64,000 nt of DNA, taken from an uncultured bacterium. GTDB lineage: Bacteria > Planctomycetota > UBA1135 > UBA2386. Location: positions 471 to 64,470 of the forward strand of contig CAXBFC010000001.1 of assembly GCA_963974725.1 (NCBI GenBank), in the 5' to 3' direction. A program made the translations under genes and the position numbers. Below are positions 63,242-64,000 of the stretch, piece by piece. How positions within the stretch are numbered: the stretch's first letter is position 1; every line of letters starts with the position of its first letter. The notes beneath the pieces are model-generated. The model had not been told where the DNA came from, did not search any database, and saw nothing but the letters and a program-made list of their open reading frames with translations.

Positions 63242-63978
63242 TTGTACTCCCACCAAGGCAACGATTGTTCGGCACCGACGCCGCCGACTTGCTTGGCAAG
63301 TTCGGCGCGGTCCTCATTGAGCCACTTCAAGAACGCGACCAGGTCGTCGATCGTCTCCGACGGCAAGTCCTTCCATGACTGCATGCCGCGCTCCGGTCGA
63401 CCTTCGACGATCGTCGTGCGTACCGCAGCCTCATCGATGCGCCCAAACACCGTCGTCAAGTCCGGCGCCGTCTGCAAACCGAGCGGCGTCGACTGCAACG
63501 GCAAGTGGCACGACGTGCAACTCTGCTTGAAGGCAGCCAAGCCGCGCATCACCGCGTCACCGGGCGTAGCGGCCTGTGCACGTGCGTTGACCGCAGCCAT
63601 CACGGCCGACGGGTCGAGCGGCTTGTGACGGCGTGGCACGCCAATCCCCATGTAGCTCAGCTCATCCAGGAAGAAGGCCACATCATTGCGCTGCTTCTCC
63701 GAAAAGTGGAACGCCGGCATTTGCTTCACGCCGACTGTCAGGACCTCCTCAAGGCGCTTGTCCAGATTGTCGCCGAGGCGCGCTGCAGCGTTGGTCAGGT
63801 CCGGACCAAGGAAGCCCCCGAAGCCATGGATCTGGTGGCAGCTCTGGCAATTGTATTCATGCCAAAGACGACGACCACGCACCGCTTCCTCGCTCAGTGT
63901 TTCGAACGTGGAGGCGGTGTCATCGAGATAGACGAGGGCTGTCTGCACCGCAAAGGCGGCGACCAGGCCACTCATCAA
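63238..63978 (-). CDS. membrane-anchored diheme c-type cytochrome
   Basis: CQSCHQIHGFGG and CTSCHLP heme-c motifs. The frame stays open upstream to the window edge, so the true start may lie beyond 64000. Confidence 0.75.
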   Translation of the reverse strand: MMSGLVAAFAVQTALVYLDDTASTFETLSEEAVRGRRLWHEYNCQSCHQIHGFGGFLGPDLTNAAARLGDNLDKRLEEVLTVGVKQMPAFHFSEKQRNDVAFFLDELSYMGIGVPRRHKPLDPSAVMAAVNARAQAATPGDAVMRGLAAFKQSCTSCHLPLQSTPLGLQTAPDLTTVFGRIDEAAVRTTIVEGRPERGMQSWKDLPSETIDDLVAFLKWLNEDRAELAKQVGGVGAEQSLPWWEYK

Positions 63979-64000
63979 CAGCTTGCGCTGGACGAGGTTC

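Overview
High-GC bacterial chromosomal window. The gene content looks like a Planctomycetota/PVC-type lineage: a DUF1549/DUF1553 + DUF1501 pair, three sortilin/BNR beta-propeller paralogs, FG-GAP/VCBS proteins, a sulfatase, DUF1080, a Tat-exported Gfo/Idh/MocA oxidoreductase, and many secreted beta-helix proteins. I support about 45 protein-coding genes, 4 tRNA genes, one RAYT (IS200-like Y1 transposase) with a family of REP/REPIN palindromes, several intrinsic terminators, and many 13-15 bp tandem minisatellites. Most of the other long ORFs in the six-frame track are antisense shadow ORFs typical of GC-rich DNA. Observations most worth follow-up: (1) a secreted FG-GAP repeat gene is interrupted by a single in-frame TGA, followed 13 nt later by a 17-nt hairpin, so it is either a selenocysteine recoding candidate or a pseudogene. 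(2) In a tight tRNA cluster, three adjacent tRNAs (Gln-CTG, Asn-GTT, Arg-GCG) share a non-canonical T loop (UGCGA, G55) and a matching D-loop change (A18 for G18). (3) Five otherwise unrelated secreted proteins share a ~90-105 aa C-terminal module, a candidate sorting or anchoring tag. (4) A RAYT gene is flanked by REP copies, with a second REP doublet 38 kb away, and REPs supply the last codons and stop of two genes. (5) A 750-bp gene-free, repeat-rich region holds two strong orphan terminators. (6) A heme-copper-oxidase-like subunit I has no visible HxH motif. No tools were run: all function calls come from motif recognition by eye, and no database searches were performed.
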